A DNA stretch of 64,000 nucleotides, taken from Aplysia californica. Taxonomy: Eukaryota. This document shows positions 39,901 to 53,200 of the stretch, one piece after another; within the stretch, counting starts at the first letter, position 1; each line of letters starts with the position of its first letter. The notes beneath the pieces are model-generated. The model was not told where the DNA came from, ran no database searches, and saw only the letters and a list, made by a program, of their open reading frames with translations. Both the position numbers and the translations under genes were made by a program. The stretch covers positions 478,986-542,985 of the forward strand of contig NW_004797346.1 of NCBI RefSeq assembly GCF_000002075.1, given 5' to 3'.

Positions 39901-41914
39901 GCTGAACTAGGTAACTTTAAAAAGATCATGTAAGATTGGTTCTGTGTCGACGATGTAGGCTTATTTACTTAATGCCAAAACAATAATTTCTATCATTTTG
40001 TAAACAGAACTAGCAGTATATATGTCAATAGAGGACAACGACACTAGCGGAGTAGAGTAAATGGTATACCATATAACATACACACACACACACACACACA
40101 CATAACATACAGAGGACAGTTAAAATATTAATATTCAAACAAAAATATATTAGATACTCTTAGAGACAATAGCAGTGCTGTGTGATATAACTGTCGTAGC
40201 AAATCAAGATCTCATACAAAACGGTATGCATACATATATATATAATATATATTTATATATATATATATGTAGCTTGCTTTTCTTATGTACATATATATTG
40301 CCCTTTTCCCACTGACCTTCTCACTACATGGAATTACTTTTCTGGGGCATAGTAGGGAATAAACCTGGCATCTCTGCATAAGAAAAGCAAGCTACACACC
40401 AAGACCATCTGGACAATAGAGAACAAATTCAGTGCTTCAAGCATTTTGTAATTGTATCGAAAGACCAAAAATACAAAACATGTGACCCTCTAGCCTGATT
40501 CTATTTTTTAAAGCCAGTTCACTACATGACGATCATCAAGTACTCACAATTTGGAAAGATTGACAAAAAAAGATAATAAAAAGCGTCTACAATTCAACAA
40601 AATGTTTTTGTGTCCTGTTTTAAATAAAATCAGATCTATCAGCGTATATATGTGTATACAAGAACTCAGTTTTCTCAATTAAGAAAGCAGGATCTTATAA
40701 AGTATACTACTAAGCATGACAATTGCTAATACTGATGAGAATAAAAAAATATATATGCACTGAAACCTATCATAATCGATCAATAAAATATTTTGCGCAC
40801 CCTAGCTTTTCCTTAAAGTGAAACCAACTATCACAAAAAGAAGCATAATTTAAAAACCAAAAAAACACTGCTCAACATTTCGGTTTGAAAGAAAGAAAAA
40901 AAAGATCTGCAACATAGCGTACTGTTTCTGCTTTAAGCATTCATACATAATACAAAGCAAATAAGTAATGTAGTAAATAAAGATATGACCTTCCTCAGAA
41001 AAGCTCATCCTCTAATCTTTGAGAACGGTATAGTATAGCTTATCATGCTTGAGTAATTACATGTCCTACTCGAAGGTGTGCATGTCCCTGGAAAATTCAA
41101 CTGCATGTGTGCCACAACACTTTATCTTTGCATGCAGTCTGGCAGACAGGAAGAAATGGAATTCTGACGAAACAACACTGACAGAAACTTGAACAGACAT
41201 TGCAGTGTCAACCACTGGCTCCAAGAAACACCAAAGAAGTGAAAGTGTTATAATCAGTGATTGAGAGAGAAACTGGGGGAGTGAAATGTGCTCAGAGACA
41301 CACATAGTGAACGCTGTAAAATTAAATAACTGGAGAAAAGAGAGGTGAGAATCAGAAAAAGCCTTTTTCTCTTTCTCTTTGAGCATATGAAAAAATAACG
41401 GTATACGTACAATCAAAATCGGGTTTGTCCTTCAAAGATTCGAGGTCTGTGACAAAAGGGTGAGCAATAGAAAGTCAAGGGGTGAAGAGAGGACGTGGGC
41501 AGTGGTGCACCCCAAAGCAAAAATATCAGTCAAAGAATGATTCATGCCTCATACACATCCTTTCTCATATCATACTCCTCTATGCCCTGACTTCTTTCAA
41601 TAGTAGGGAATTACTGAAATAAGCTTTTCCACATTTCTAACTTGAAGAAACGAAAAATTATTTGAGAAAAAAACAAGCCCACCTAAAAAGCAATAATCTT
41701 CCGGCGTTTTCTTTACATTTGCTTGAGTAAAACTTGATGTCTATTCTTTCTTGCAAACCATACTGAAATTTGTTGGCAGCAGATTTAAGGAAGTGACTTT
41801 TCTGAATGACAATATCTTACTGGAACGGATGTATTCAATGCAAATTTCACTATCTTTTTATTCAGATAGCTGGCTCAACGCCACTTTCTCTCGATGGCGG
41901 ATCTTTGAATCCGC

Positions 41915-41946
<32 letters not shown>

Positions 41947-44211
41947 GTGGGTGGTTGGCGGGTGCTCTGGTGTGGTTTGCTTCTTCTTTCCTATCAAACA
42001 TCTATCGACCTTATCTCCCCTTCTTCTTTTTTGTGTTTGTTTCTCTCTTGTAACACCTCTAATCTTCTGGCGCTCATATGACCTTATGCAGTTGCGAGCG
42101 CTGTAAAACCTCTACTAAAACTAAAACTAAAACTAGATTTTTACACTTCAAACAATCAAGCTATTGATCCATTTTGAGAGGAGCAGCAAAGGAAAATGCA
42201 CAGATTAGATATAACCCCTTTACTTAAATCGTGGTGTTATTGATGTGCACAAGAGTTCTAAAACTAAAAAAAAAATATATATTTATATAGGGTATGCTAA
42301 AATAATTTTCCTACATCCAACAGCAGACTGAGATGATACAATCTCTTTTCTAGGGATTGACGTAAAGATATTAATGAAACTCGTTTAGCTAAGCATATTT
42401 TTATTCCTTGTTTTAAAGGTGTACCTGCAACACACTGGCAGCTTCAACAAATGAAACAAGTCTAGTCTTACACGGTTATCTTGCTTTGTTAAGTGCACTA
42501 TATTACCCATGGATTATCTGATGCAATTTTAGATGGCTTGGAAAAAGGTTAGAAAGACAACAATGAAATAGCCAATAAATGTTATTCTATTGAAGGCATA
42601 AGAATTTTTAATGAAGAGTAAAAAAGGGTATTTTCCAGAGCATTACGACACAACTGAAATTTTTTAAAATACTGGCAGAGTTGTAGAATGGATGGAACTA
42701 TATTCTGACTTCAATTTCACTACAGGGCCCAAAACAGATGGCCCCCAAGCTAATTTTGAAGCTGTTCCTTGAACAATCTCCAAGTCTGAGAGAAGATAAT
42801 CAATTTTGAACATCATAATCAATTCAAAGACAACAAATAGGCTTTATCTTATTTCAAGTGATTCAAATACAAAGTAATATGACTTAGTATAATAAATTGA
42901 TGGAGCAAACCACTGGTAGCCTACTTGGTTCACTCAGTAGGCCACGATGGTCACAATACCTGAGACATCACACATCTATGAGCCATTGTGTCGGAAGGCA
43001 GCACAACACTCTCTCATGCAGGAATGTGATTTCATAATTAGCAGACTTCTAGGCAAACAGTTGCACAAGAGATATGAAAAAAACATCATGATCCAAAGAC
43101 TTGTTTTTATTTTTAACTTCAGATCGCATTTTAAAAGAAAGAAAAAAGGAAAATAAGCAAGAGCAAATTTTATGGTACCGGACAACCTATATAACATATT
43201 ATTTCTTTATGGTTTCGTTTACAAGACCCACTGAAGCAATTTGGCTCTCCATCAGGACACATGACTTAGAGGGGAATTAGACTTCATGAGGGGAAAAGAA
43301 CAATTTGGACCTCACTCAGAGATGAATTTACAACTACACTACAGAAGAAATCTTTCAAAATGACAATTTCCAGATTTGGACAAACTTGAAGACAAATCGG
43401 AAGGAAATTAAGAACATTGAGAAAATAGTGAAGTCGTCATTGAACTAAAAAGAACAGCTTGAGTATTAATATTAAGCTATCTTGGATGCACAGTTCTGTT
43501 TATGTCTTCATCAACAGTATAGGCCTACACAACCAGCGTTTTAAACGTCACTTTTTTTCCCTAATTCTTATCTTGTAAGACTGGTACTTTTTCAATTGAC
43601 AATTATAATATCAACTATTAATAGTTTCCTTTGTGTTTAAACAGATAACGTACGAATTCACCAAATCATATTTCCTAGGCTTATGTAGGCTACTTAAAAA
43701 TTGATATATCTATATAATATTTTATAATCAAGCTCACATTCTCACTGTAAAAACTAAGTAGATACTAGACCTCATCAAGGCCATAATCAAATATCTAATA
43801 GACCTACAGTCAGAAGTATAATTTGGTATCAGGAACTCCACAGACTCACAGCAACACAGTAAAAGCATTAAATAGTATGCATTAGCTTTTCTTCCAGTTC
43901 ACAAACCATACAGTTTTCACTTAAGGTGCATTTATGAATTTCATCCTGAAAAAGTTTATCTAAATGAGAAGCATCAATTTTTGTAAAAACAAAAATACTT
44001 ACTTTTAAAAAATGATACGGTATTAAAAGCAACAAGCTGGGTATGTTTTCATTAAGCAATACCAGTACAAAATAAACAAACTTATGAAATGAAGATAAAC
44101 TCAAACTAAAACGGAGCTGTATTTTTTTACAATGGATCTAACATACACAATTGATTCAAACACAACACACAAGATTATTGGGTGCACTCATAATTCATAA
44201 AGAACTATTCT

Positions 44212-44267
<56 letters not shown>

Positions 44268-47200
44268 CTTCTCTCAAGTACATTTGGAAAGAAACCAAGA
44301 AAACTGTTATGAAACTATTGTTGGTTTATCTTTTATACAGCATGACCACAGATCATAATCCATAAATTATGATAACTTAGTATTTCGCAACTAAAATTAA
44401 AATGCAGGCTGAACCTAGCCAGTTGCTACAAAGATTGTTAGTGATCTATAATATAAGAATATCAGAAGACTTAAAAGTATAAATTTCTATTAGAAAATTA
44501 GACAAATGATACCGCTGTTGAATTGATTCTGGAAAATGTAAGTTATTCATTTCTATAATTAGTGTAGAACAAAAAAGAGAAGAAGTTAGAATTGTCTGTT
44601 GATCAAAAGTCCTGTCACCACATCAAGCAATATGTTAAGTAAGTATTGCTTACTTTTCAAAAGAATGTATGTTTGTCCCAGGGATGTCAGCCTTATAAAG
44701 GTCAGATTCTTTGGGTTCTGAAAAAATAATTAAAAGGCCATACTATTATTCTACAAAGCGGGAGCAACAAAGTGAAAAACGGAACTGAACAAATTATAAA
44801 AACAAAATCAAAGTACATGTAGTTCACAAAGATCTATTTAAAAAAAAACAAACTGTTAAAGGTTGACAAGTCTGACCGCAGCCAGTGCACCAAGCTAAGT
44901 TGTGAAGCACTTTAAAATATTTCTTCAGCATAATTAGAATAATGTGTCATTCCCGATTTCTCTGGGTAATTTTTATGAGCAAAACAAATCATGTATAGCT
45001 TTGAGTTTGCTCAAAGCTGTTTCACAGGCAGAGACTGAACCATGAGCACTTCTGAGCAACAGAAGTAGTTCCCGGCAGAGATAGAGCCATCATTCTAGTT
45101 TAGAGTCACTGTAAGTATTCTTGGCAGACAGAAAATGACTGCTATTCTGCTTCTTAGGAAATTGTAGACATTGTAACTGATACAAAAAGTTTCCAACAAT
45201 TACTGCATTTCGAATGATTCCACAAAAATTTCCTTTACAGTAGACAAAATACTTGTTTGAAAATCTGTACAACTCGTACCACCTGAAATACCCAGCTGTA
45301 TTAACAATTTGAAACATTTTGAATTCAATAGAAATGGGGAGCAGCTAAGATCTGAAATGCTTTAAATGATGAGTGTAGAGAATGAAACAACCCAATATTA
45401 GGCCTACTATCAGGAAGCTCAGAACATAAGGGCTTTGTAACAATTACAGAACATTAAAATACTGTGCAACTGGAGAAATCTGCATTACAAACAATTTCAA
45501 CTTTATAGCCTAAATTAAATGCAGATTTTATACAAAGCTGTTCGATATTGACTGTATCATTATCATTATAGCAATAAGTGTCATGACGCAGTGGAATCAG
45601 GCGCTCGTCAATTTTTGGGCAAGTGAAGATATTGGTGTCATCTTGAAGCTTTTTTATTTGTCCTGCTTTCGATAGAAAAAGATCCATTTATCTTGAATAC
45701 AAGTCGAGATATTAACTATTGAAGGAGGTGGGGGTCGCCTGGTCTCAGAGGTAAAAATAAGCGAGAAAATGGCCGCCAAAGTTTAGTTATTTCCTTAGTT
45801 TGAGAGTCCGTGGAAACAGCAAATTTACATTTTGTATGCCTTTATTTGATGTTTTTCAGCACAATCCACACAGAAATGTGTTTTTTAATAGACATGACAG
45901 GTGTTGAACCCCAAAACAAAAATTTAATAAAAATTCGCAAACCTGCACAAAAAGGTCAGTTTCTCCACTTTCATTATTTTGAGGAGTGCCTGATTCCACC
46001 AAGATGCCTCGCAAAGGTTTTATACTATCTCCACTGCAGAATAGTTCTGTTACCATGTAACCTTTTTAAAGTAAAATTGCACTTACACTTGCAACACAAT
46101 TAGGTTATAGGAGTGCCAAATGTTAGAGGTGTTATTAGAGAGTAACATACAAAGAAAAGAAGAAGAGATAAGGACGACAGATATTTGATAGGAAAGAAGG
46201 AGCAAACCCCACCAGAATAACCATGTAAAAATGTTTGAAATGTTAAATAGCCACAAAAATAAAAAAATAAAACAAAATCCAAAACGAAAGTGTACATGAC
46301 AATAACGAGGTGCATGAATGGGTCATCAACAGCTCACAATTATATTGCTTGACCTACCTTCAGTAATCTTGAGAATGGAAATATAAAATTTCTTCTTTAA
46401 CTGAATACTCAACCAATACAAAACTAACATTTAAACACATTTAGTTGAAAGAGCTTTTCTTGTAAAAGTCACCAGTATGAAGAAAAGAACAACAGAAGAA
46501 CATAGGAATAAATCAGGACAAAAGAGTCAGAAAGAACATACCACATCCTGAGTTGACTGCAAAGAACATTGTAAAGGTTTAAAACATCGTGAAAATAAAT
46601 AAAACCTCATTACTTTAAATTTTGTAACACAAAAATATCTCCTCACCTTGAGTGAGAACATGTGGGAGTGAGGCAATAATAATAATAATGATAATGAAGA
46701 TCATTTCTATAGCGCCCACTCCTGTATAAACACACCTCTAGGCGCTTTACATAAATGCATGTAAGAAAAAAGGTAGCATGAGTGCATGTGTGCATGTGTT
46801 TGTGAGAATATATTGGACTGCATATATATCATATGTCTCCTGTTAAATTAATTTGTATCAGTCTCAAGAGATTATCAAAGCTTCTCACACATCAATAACT
46901 AGCAATAGAGTCTATATAACTGCAGTAAATATAAATCTACCATCAAGAAACAATAATACAACAAAATAATATTTGCCTAAGAAAGATGATTAAGGCATAA
47001 TATTTCAGTGTCTGACAATTAACCCCTTTTCATCCATGACAAGCAAACTAGTTCCACTAATTCAGCTTTAATAAAGATAAAAAATCCCCTTTACTTGCGT
47101 GAGCATGATGTAAATAGTACAGTTCCCCTATCCTGGCAGTTGCATCATGGAAGAAAGAAAATCTACCAGACCAAAGCATGACTTCCATTACCCGTCTAAG

Positions 47201-50200
47201 CAGTGAATATATATGCAGGTGATGGTGTACCCATCAGTCTATCCAACAGTCAACCCAAAGGTGATCACGATTCGCAGGTCCTGCAGGGCTCACAGGATAT
47301 ACGAGTATGTAAGGAACAGATTTAGCTGGCATTGAAGTAAGATGCCTCACATAGAACTTACCATATGCCATTGCTGTAGCAGCTTTCAGTTTCCTTTGAT
47401 ATCTGGGAATAAAATTATTTGCACATCTCTTTTTAACAGAATGAAAAATATCAATACCTAGCTGTAGTATACAGAACTGAAGAAGTACACAGAGACAAAA
47501 AAGAGGTTTTGGTGAGCGGTAGAGAATGTAAAAACACTGAGGACTGTGAAACCAGACCAACAGTCTGACTTTTCTTCTAATCTGCAGTCTTCAACACCCA
47601 ATCTGAACAACTACATATGAGGGGGTGAGATGCAAAACCCGCTAAGCGACATTTTGGAAAAAATCGAGATTTTTTGCTTTTATACATGCACATTGTTACC
47701 AGCTATCAGACGCACAAAGTGTTTTCGGCCCAAACCCAACACATATTTCATAATAGCCAAAAAAAACCGCGTCTTTTTATGCATGTTTCTGCTTTTAACA
47801 GAGTTTTAAAAAGCTGATTTTCTCAAAAGTGCTAATATGGATGTAGCGGGATTCCCATCTCAGCCCCTCATATACAACAACCAGCCATTTAATTTTACTT
47901 GTTGTTATGTCTCTCTAGCTCTTTCCAAGCGTGTTCAGGCACATAATATTTTTGTTTTGACAATGCTATTCTTGCATCCTATAAGATGTTAACATCATTT
48001 TAGTACACCAAGTAGGCCTACCTAACACAAAAGAACAAAGACAACACATCTTTACCTCTTGTACGTGTAGTAGAGAATAATGGCCAAGATGACACAGATA
48101 GAGCCCAGTACAACTGACACCAGGATAAGAGCCATCTTCAGCTTGTCTTCTAAGCCATCGTCCAAATTCTCCTTGTAAGTCGGCTAGAGAAGAGAAAAAA
48201 AGAACATGTTTCAACACCTTGGTTTTGGCTAATCACATGAGAAATTTTCACAGATTTACTAACACCTTTCTGACATAGAAACACAACACATCCTCATCTA
48301 CTGCATAGAATGTAGAGAACGGAGCAAAGAGTTTGAATTAAATGGTGTAAAAAGGGGTTTTTAGATTACATGAAAACAATTTAATATGCAATAAATCAAT
48401 GTTTGTGTGTAAATGCTACTAAAAAAGGAATTGATAAGACACGAGGTAGGTTATTAAAAGAATAGTTCATGTAAGCCAAAGAAGGCTTGAGTTCTCCCAT
48501 AGACTTTAGTCTGAAAATATTCTTTTTGTGACTCTGACAGTAACAATATCTTTATTCATCCAGCAGGGAGAAATTATTATTTATTTTTTTACTTTTTGTT
48601 TTTTGGTAAGTGTTTTATGGCACTCGCAAATGCAAAAAGGTCATATGAGGAGACAATTTTAGAGAAGAAGATTGTTCGGTCCCTACCCGGATTCGAACCC
48701 GGGACCTTTGAATGAGAGGCCAACACCCTAAGCTCTTGGCAACGAGAGCCCCCGACTTGGTTTTACTAAGGTCATGAGCACTCAAAGGCAGGTGTCAGAA
48801 TTTTGCAAGAACACAAAACGATACAGTAATAATGATAATGTGGCGCCTAGTTTTTCCTACAGCCTGATCCCTGAGAAGGCAAGTCAACTTAATATATACA
48901 CCTATATTATTCTATACCTTCAATAACATTTAGCACACTGTACTCACATAATTTGTACCTCTCATCACAAGTGACATTTTATACTCACTCCTTCTTGTAA
49001 AAACTTACATTTACCATAACCTACAACATTAACACTTTGATTTACAACAAGTATGTACTTACTATAACCTGCAGCACATTGTAGTCATTGAGTAGGCTAA
49101 TGAGCAAGGCACTCTTCTGGTCAATGATACTGAAACAGAAGCACAAGAAGCAAAACTTCAGTACAAATGTGGAAGTCCAGGAAGGAGCAACTCCTCAAAA
49201 ATATCATATTCCTATGACAGGTCTATTGACCCTACACACAAGACATTTCAGCTTGTGAAATTAAAAAGCCTTGGCATAGCCCAAACTGGACCATTCATTT
49301 AGAGTAATAACAAACACTTTCACTGTGATCCCTTAAGATGAACAAGACTAAGCGTATACTTTTCTCGGGTTTAAAATATTTTTTACCAACAAACAACTAA
49401 TTGCATATTAAATTAAAAAGTAAAAAAACCTAAAATTCAAAGGTTTGCAGGCTCGTTTCTGTGTTAAAAATAAATGAAACATAACTATTGGCTGGAAAAG
49501 TAATACAAATCTTAATAAAAAGCATGATAAACCTGAACTTGAGGCACAAGTATTTTATGGGGTTAGAAAATATATATAAGAGTTATAATAGTCTAGTCTT
49601 GGACATAGAAACTTGCAATCAACTGTAACTGGCATTTTCAATTTTGCTTCAATTAATTCAATTCCAGCACAGTCCTAACAAAAGTTGTGTAAACTTTCTT
49701 CCTGGGATGAAAAATACCAGAAAAAAGAATACAAAGAGGAACAAAATATCAGACCATGCCACAGATGATGAACATATGTGTAGGCCTAATATTCTAAAGG
49801 GGAAAAAGTGTCCAGTTCACATCAACATTTTTAAGTCTTACAGGAAAGTTGACAACCCAGAGAAGGGAAACAGAGAACAAAGAAGAAGACCAGATGACTG
49901 GACAATCTAGACTGTGTACCACTTCTGTGAGTACTTGAAAAGTACTCTTGAGAAAGGAATGATTAATTTCTTTTTATCTGTTTATAGTTAAACATTAACA
50001 GACTTTAGAAAGGGTAAAATACAAAAGACCACAGAAAATTGTAGAAACAGAAGTAAATGTATTTGATATTCTTTAAATAATAAAAATGTACGACAAGAAG
50101 GAAAGAAGGAACCAGTAAATGAAGGAAATACCATCACATACTCCATTTTTATCTTCATGACCGTGTACAATTTGACAACTATAGGCATGCTGGAGCAAAA

Positions 50201-53200
50201 CAGAAGTAAGGAAAGTAGTCGGACAACAAGCTCAGGATCATAAAAAGGGAAAGAATCACTAGAAAAATTGGAAGGTGAAACAAACAAGGATGTATACTCA
50301 ACCAAAAGACAATGCAGCAAAAATCCTGGAAACATCCTGGAAGGGGTACTCGGAATATTTCAAGTCTGATTCTCCTGAGTGCAATTAACTGAAAGCAATA
50401 ACTTATGCTTTGCAGTTAGTTTTCCCTCAATGTTTTGCTTTGCGACAGAGGCTGCATGTTTTGCATCTTAAAACAAAAGCCTGAAAAATAAGTACAGCTG
50501 TCCAAAAGGATAAAGTTGTTCATCATTGGTAGCATATTCTTAAATATTTCAATTTCTCATACTCCCCAATCAAATGATATTAAAACTACTATTTTTCATT
50601 ACCCCACGCTGTATTCCAGAAGTCTTTCAAGTCACATTTCTGCCTTGCTTGGCTAAGTATACCTACCTTAATAACCTTGCAGCTGGGATAACTTCATTTG
50701 TTTCAAAATCTTCCCCGTGTATAAACATATCAGTTCTGAAAAATATAAGTTTAATGTTAAATGAAATATGTATATTATAGAGACTACAGTCTAGCATGCA
50801 CAGTGAAATTGGTGGGACTCAGAAATCTTTCCATAAAATGTACAAATTTCATTGCATACAAATTTCAGGCTATATCAAGGGTGATTGACTGAGTTGGACA
50901 ATTGGGTCAAATTTTATGTGAAGAATTATGTCAATATATTTGTGATTGAAGGAGGTGGGGATCGCCTAGTGTCAAAGATAAAATTGGTGGCAAAATGGGT
51001 GCCAATATTTGATGACTTCCAAAGCTTGAGCATCCTTAAAAACTGCAAGCTTACACTTCTTAAGCTTTTATTAAAGTTTTTCAGTAGAATCCACATATAA
51101 ATGTTCTTAAATGGACATTAAAGGTGATGAGTCAAAAAAAAAAAAAGAATTAATAAAAACTGCCCAACGGGCACAAAATTGTTTCTTTTTGAAAATTTCA
51201 TTAATTTGACAAGCAACTGATTTCACTATGATGTTACACACATGGATCTTGCTAAAACTTAAGGTGATATTTCATTTGTAACAACAGACATATCACTTAT
51301 CAAGCTACATAATCACAAATATAACACCCAACCTCATAAACCATGAAACATACATCACTCCAAAGGTCTGATTCTAGATTAAGCATCATGTATTAAGTAC
51401 TTCTATGATACAGATAATCAGATACAAAGGACGTCTATACCTGCACCTGCTGTGATATGAATAGACCCTTTGCCTTGCAAACAAAAGAAACCAGTCTGAT
51501 TCCAGCACAGGCAAGCTTTTTCATAGAGTACCTCTGTCTAACTGATGAAACCCTATATTCCAACACATCCTTCTTTGGCCCTGACATAAGACCAAAGCGA
51601 CCAGCCTCCTTATTGATCTATATCAAAGCTGGTATGCAACATGCTGCCCATGGTCCACAACCATGGCAGACCAGTCAGTGTGGCCTTCACTTACTGTTTC
51701 CATATTTACAACTCAATAAACTAGTTGTCATTAAGACTACATATTTTTGACAGTGACTGGGCCTTATTGTTGTTGCAATGTTTGAAAATAGCAGGTTAAT
51801 GAAAAATGTAGCACACCCATGATCAAACCTGTACTGATGAGTGTGTAAAATGTAGGAGAGCCAATACAGACAAAAAGCAACAAACCCCCTCAAATTTACA
51901 ATTCTCTGAATAAGTTCTTATCAGTTGAAGTTCCCCTTAGTACTTACTTTGCCAAGTCTGCAGCACCCGTCTCTGTCTCATGAGTCTGTATTGAGTCAAC
52001 CACAATCCTGTAGTTCAATTTATCGCTCAGTCGCCTGGAAAGATTAAAGGAATTTTTTTTTTAATGAATCTGAGCTACTTTGGGGAAAAAGAAGTGGTTA
52101 CATCAACATCTGATGGCAGTCACATTGACTTTCTATTGCTTTGAGCCTAGCACACAAGGGAATTTTCTAATTACAAGGAAGCCAAGTAGGCAAATGAGTA
52201 ATACGCCAGAAAGTAGGGTGAGGAGATGGGGCAAATATAAGTCACCTAGAGCAAGTATGATTTTTATAACAAACTAAATCTGGGTTGCAGATGACTTCTC
52301 TTTCCTCTTTCGTTTCACAATGGCTACGCAGGTCGATTTGTAGTTCACACAATACCAACTATTTTTGGGCAAGATATAGTAGAAATAGTATCAAGAAGGT
52401 AATATTTAAACAGTAGAATCACACTTCATACAGGATGTTTTGCATTTCACCAAATTCTCAGAAACTGATTTCATACCTGAACATACTCTGAATGATGCAC
52501 ATGTTTGAATTTTTACTTCAAATCATCCATAAAAACATCTCAAGAATGATCTATTAGTTATACTCACTTTACTATCTCATCTTTCAAAGGTCCAACAGAG
52601 TCAATAGATCGCCTGAATATGATGATGAGTCGTTGGTCATCATTGATCAAGGAGATCTGACAAAAAAACATAAACAAATTGTACAAAGAGTTCCAGCAAC
52701 ACATTTATGTGTGATGGTACCACAGATGTAGCCAAAACAAAATAGGCTCCTAGAGTTTTCTGAGAATGTCATGCTATAATAGTGACAGTCATAACAACTG
52801 AAAAATTGTCACAAGCCATTCAATAATTATTTTATGTCAAGTTGTCAGAGCCTTTCATTTCAATAAAATACAGTGGATCCTCTTAAACAGCAATCTCTGG
52901 ACCACAGGATTTCCTTCAGTTTAGAGAGGTTGCTCAAAGAGAAGAAAAAACAAATCAGGGATATAATTTTTTATCGGTTTACCGCTGTTTCTGATAAACC
53001 ACATTTGTTTTAAGTGGACTCTACTGTATTTAATACATATCAGCAATCACTAATTAGGTTTTTATTAATCAATAGCAGTGCACTGATACACAACAAGAGA
53101 ATGTGCTCATTTATGTGCATCTGTGTGCTTGTGAGAGAGTGTTATTGTGTGCTTGTGAGTATATGTATAAGTCATGGGACACATATATATTATAACTAAA

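Noticed and set aside
41066-41416. 116-aa minus ORF with a strong polypyrimidine acceptor near 41329
   Set aside because: In the phase required by the upstream exon it stops after ~25 codons and shows no conserved motif; unproven as an alternative exon.
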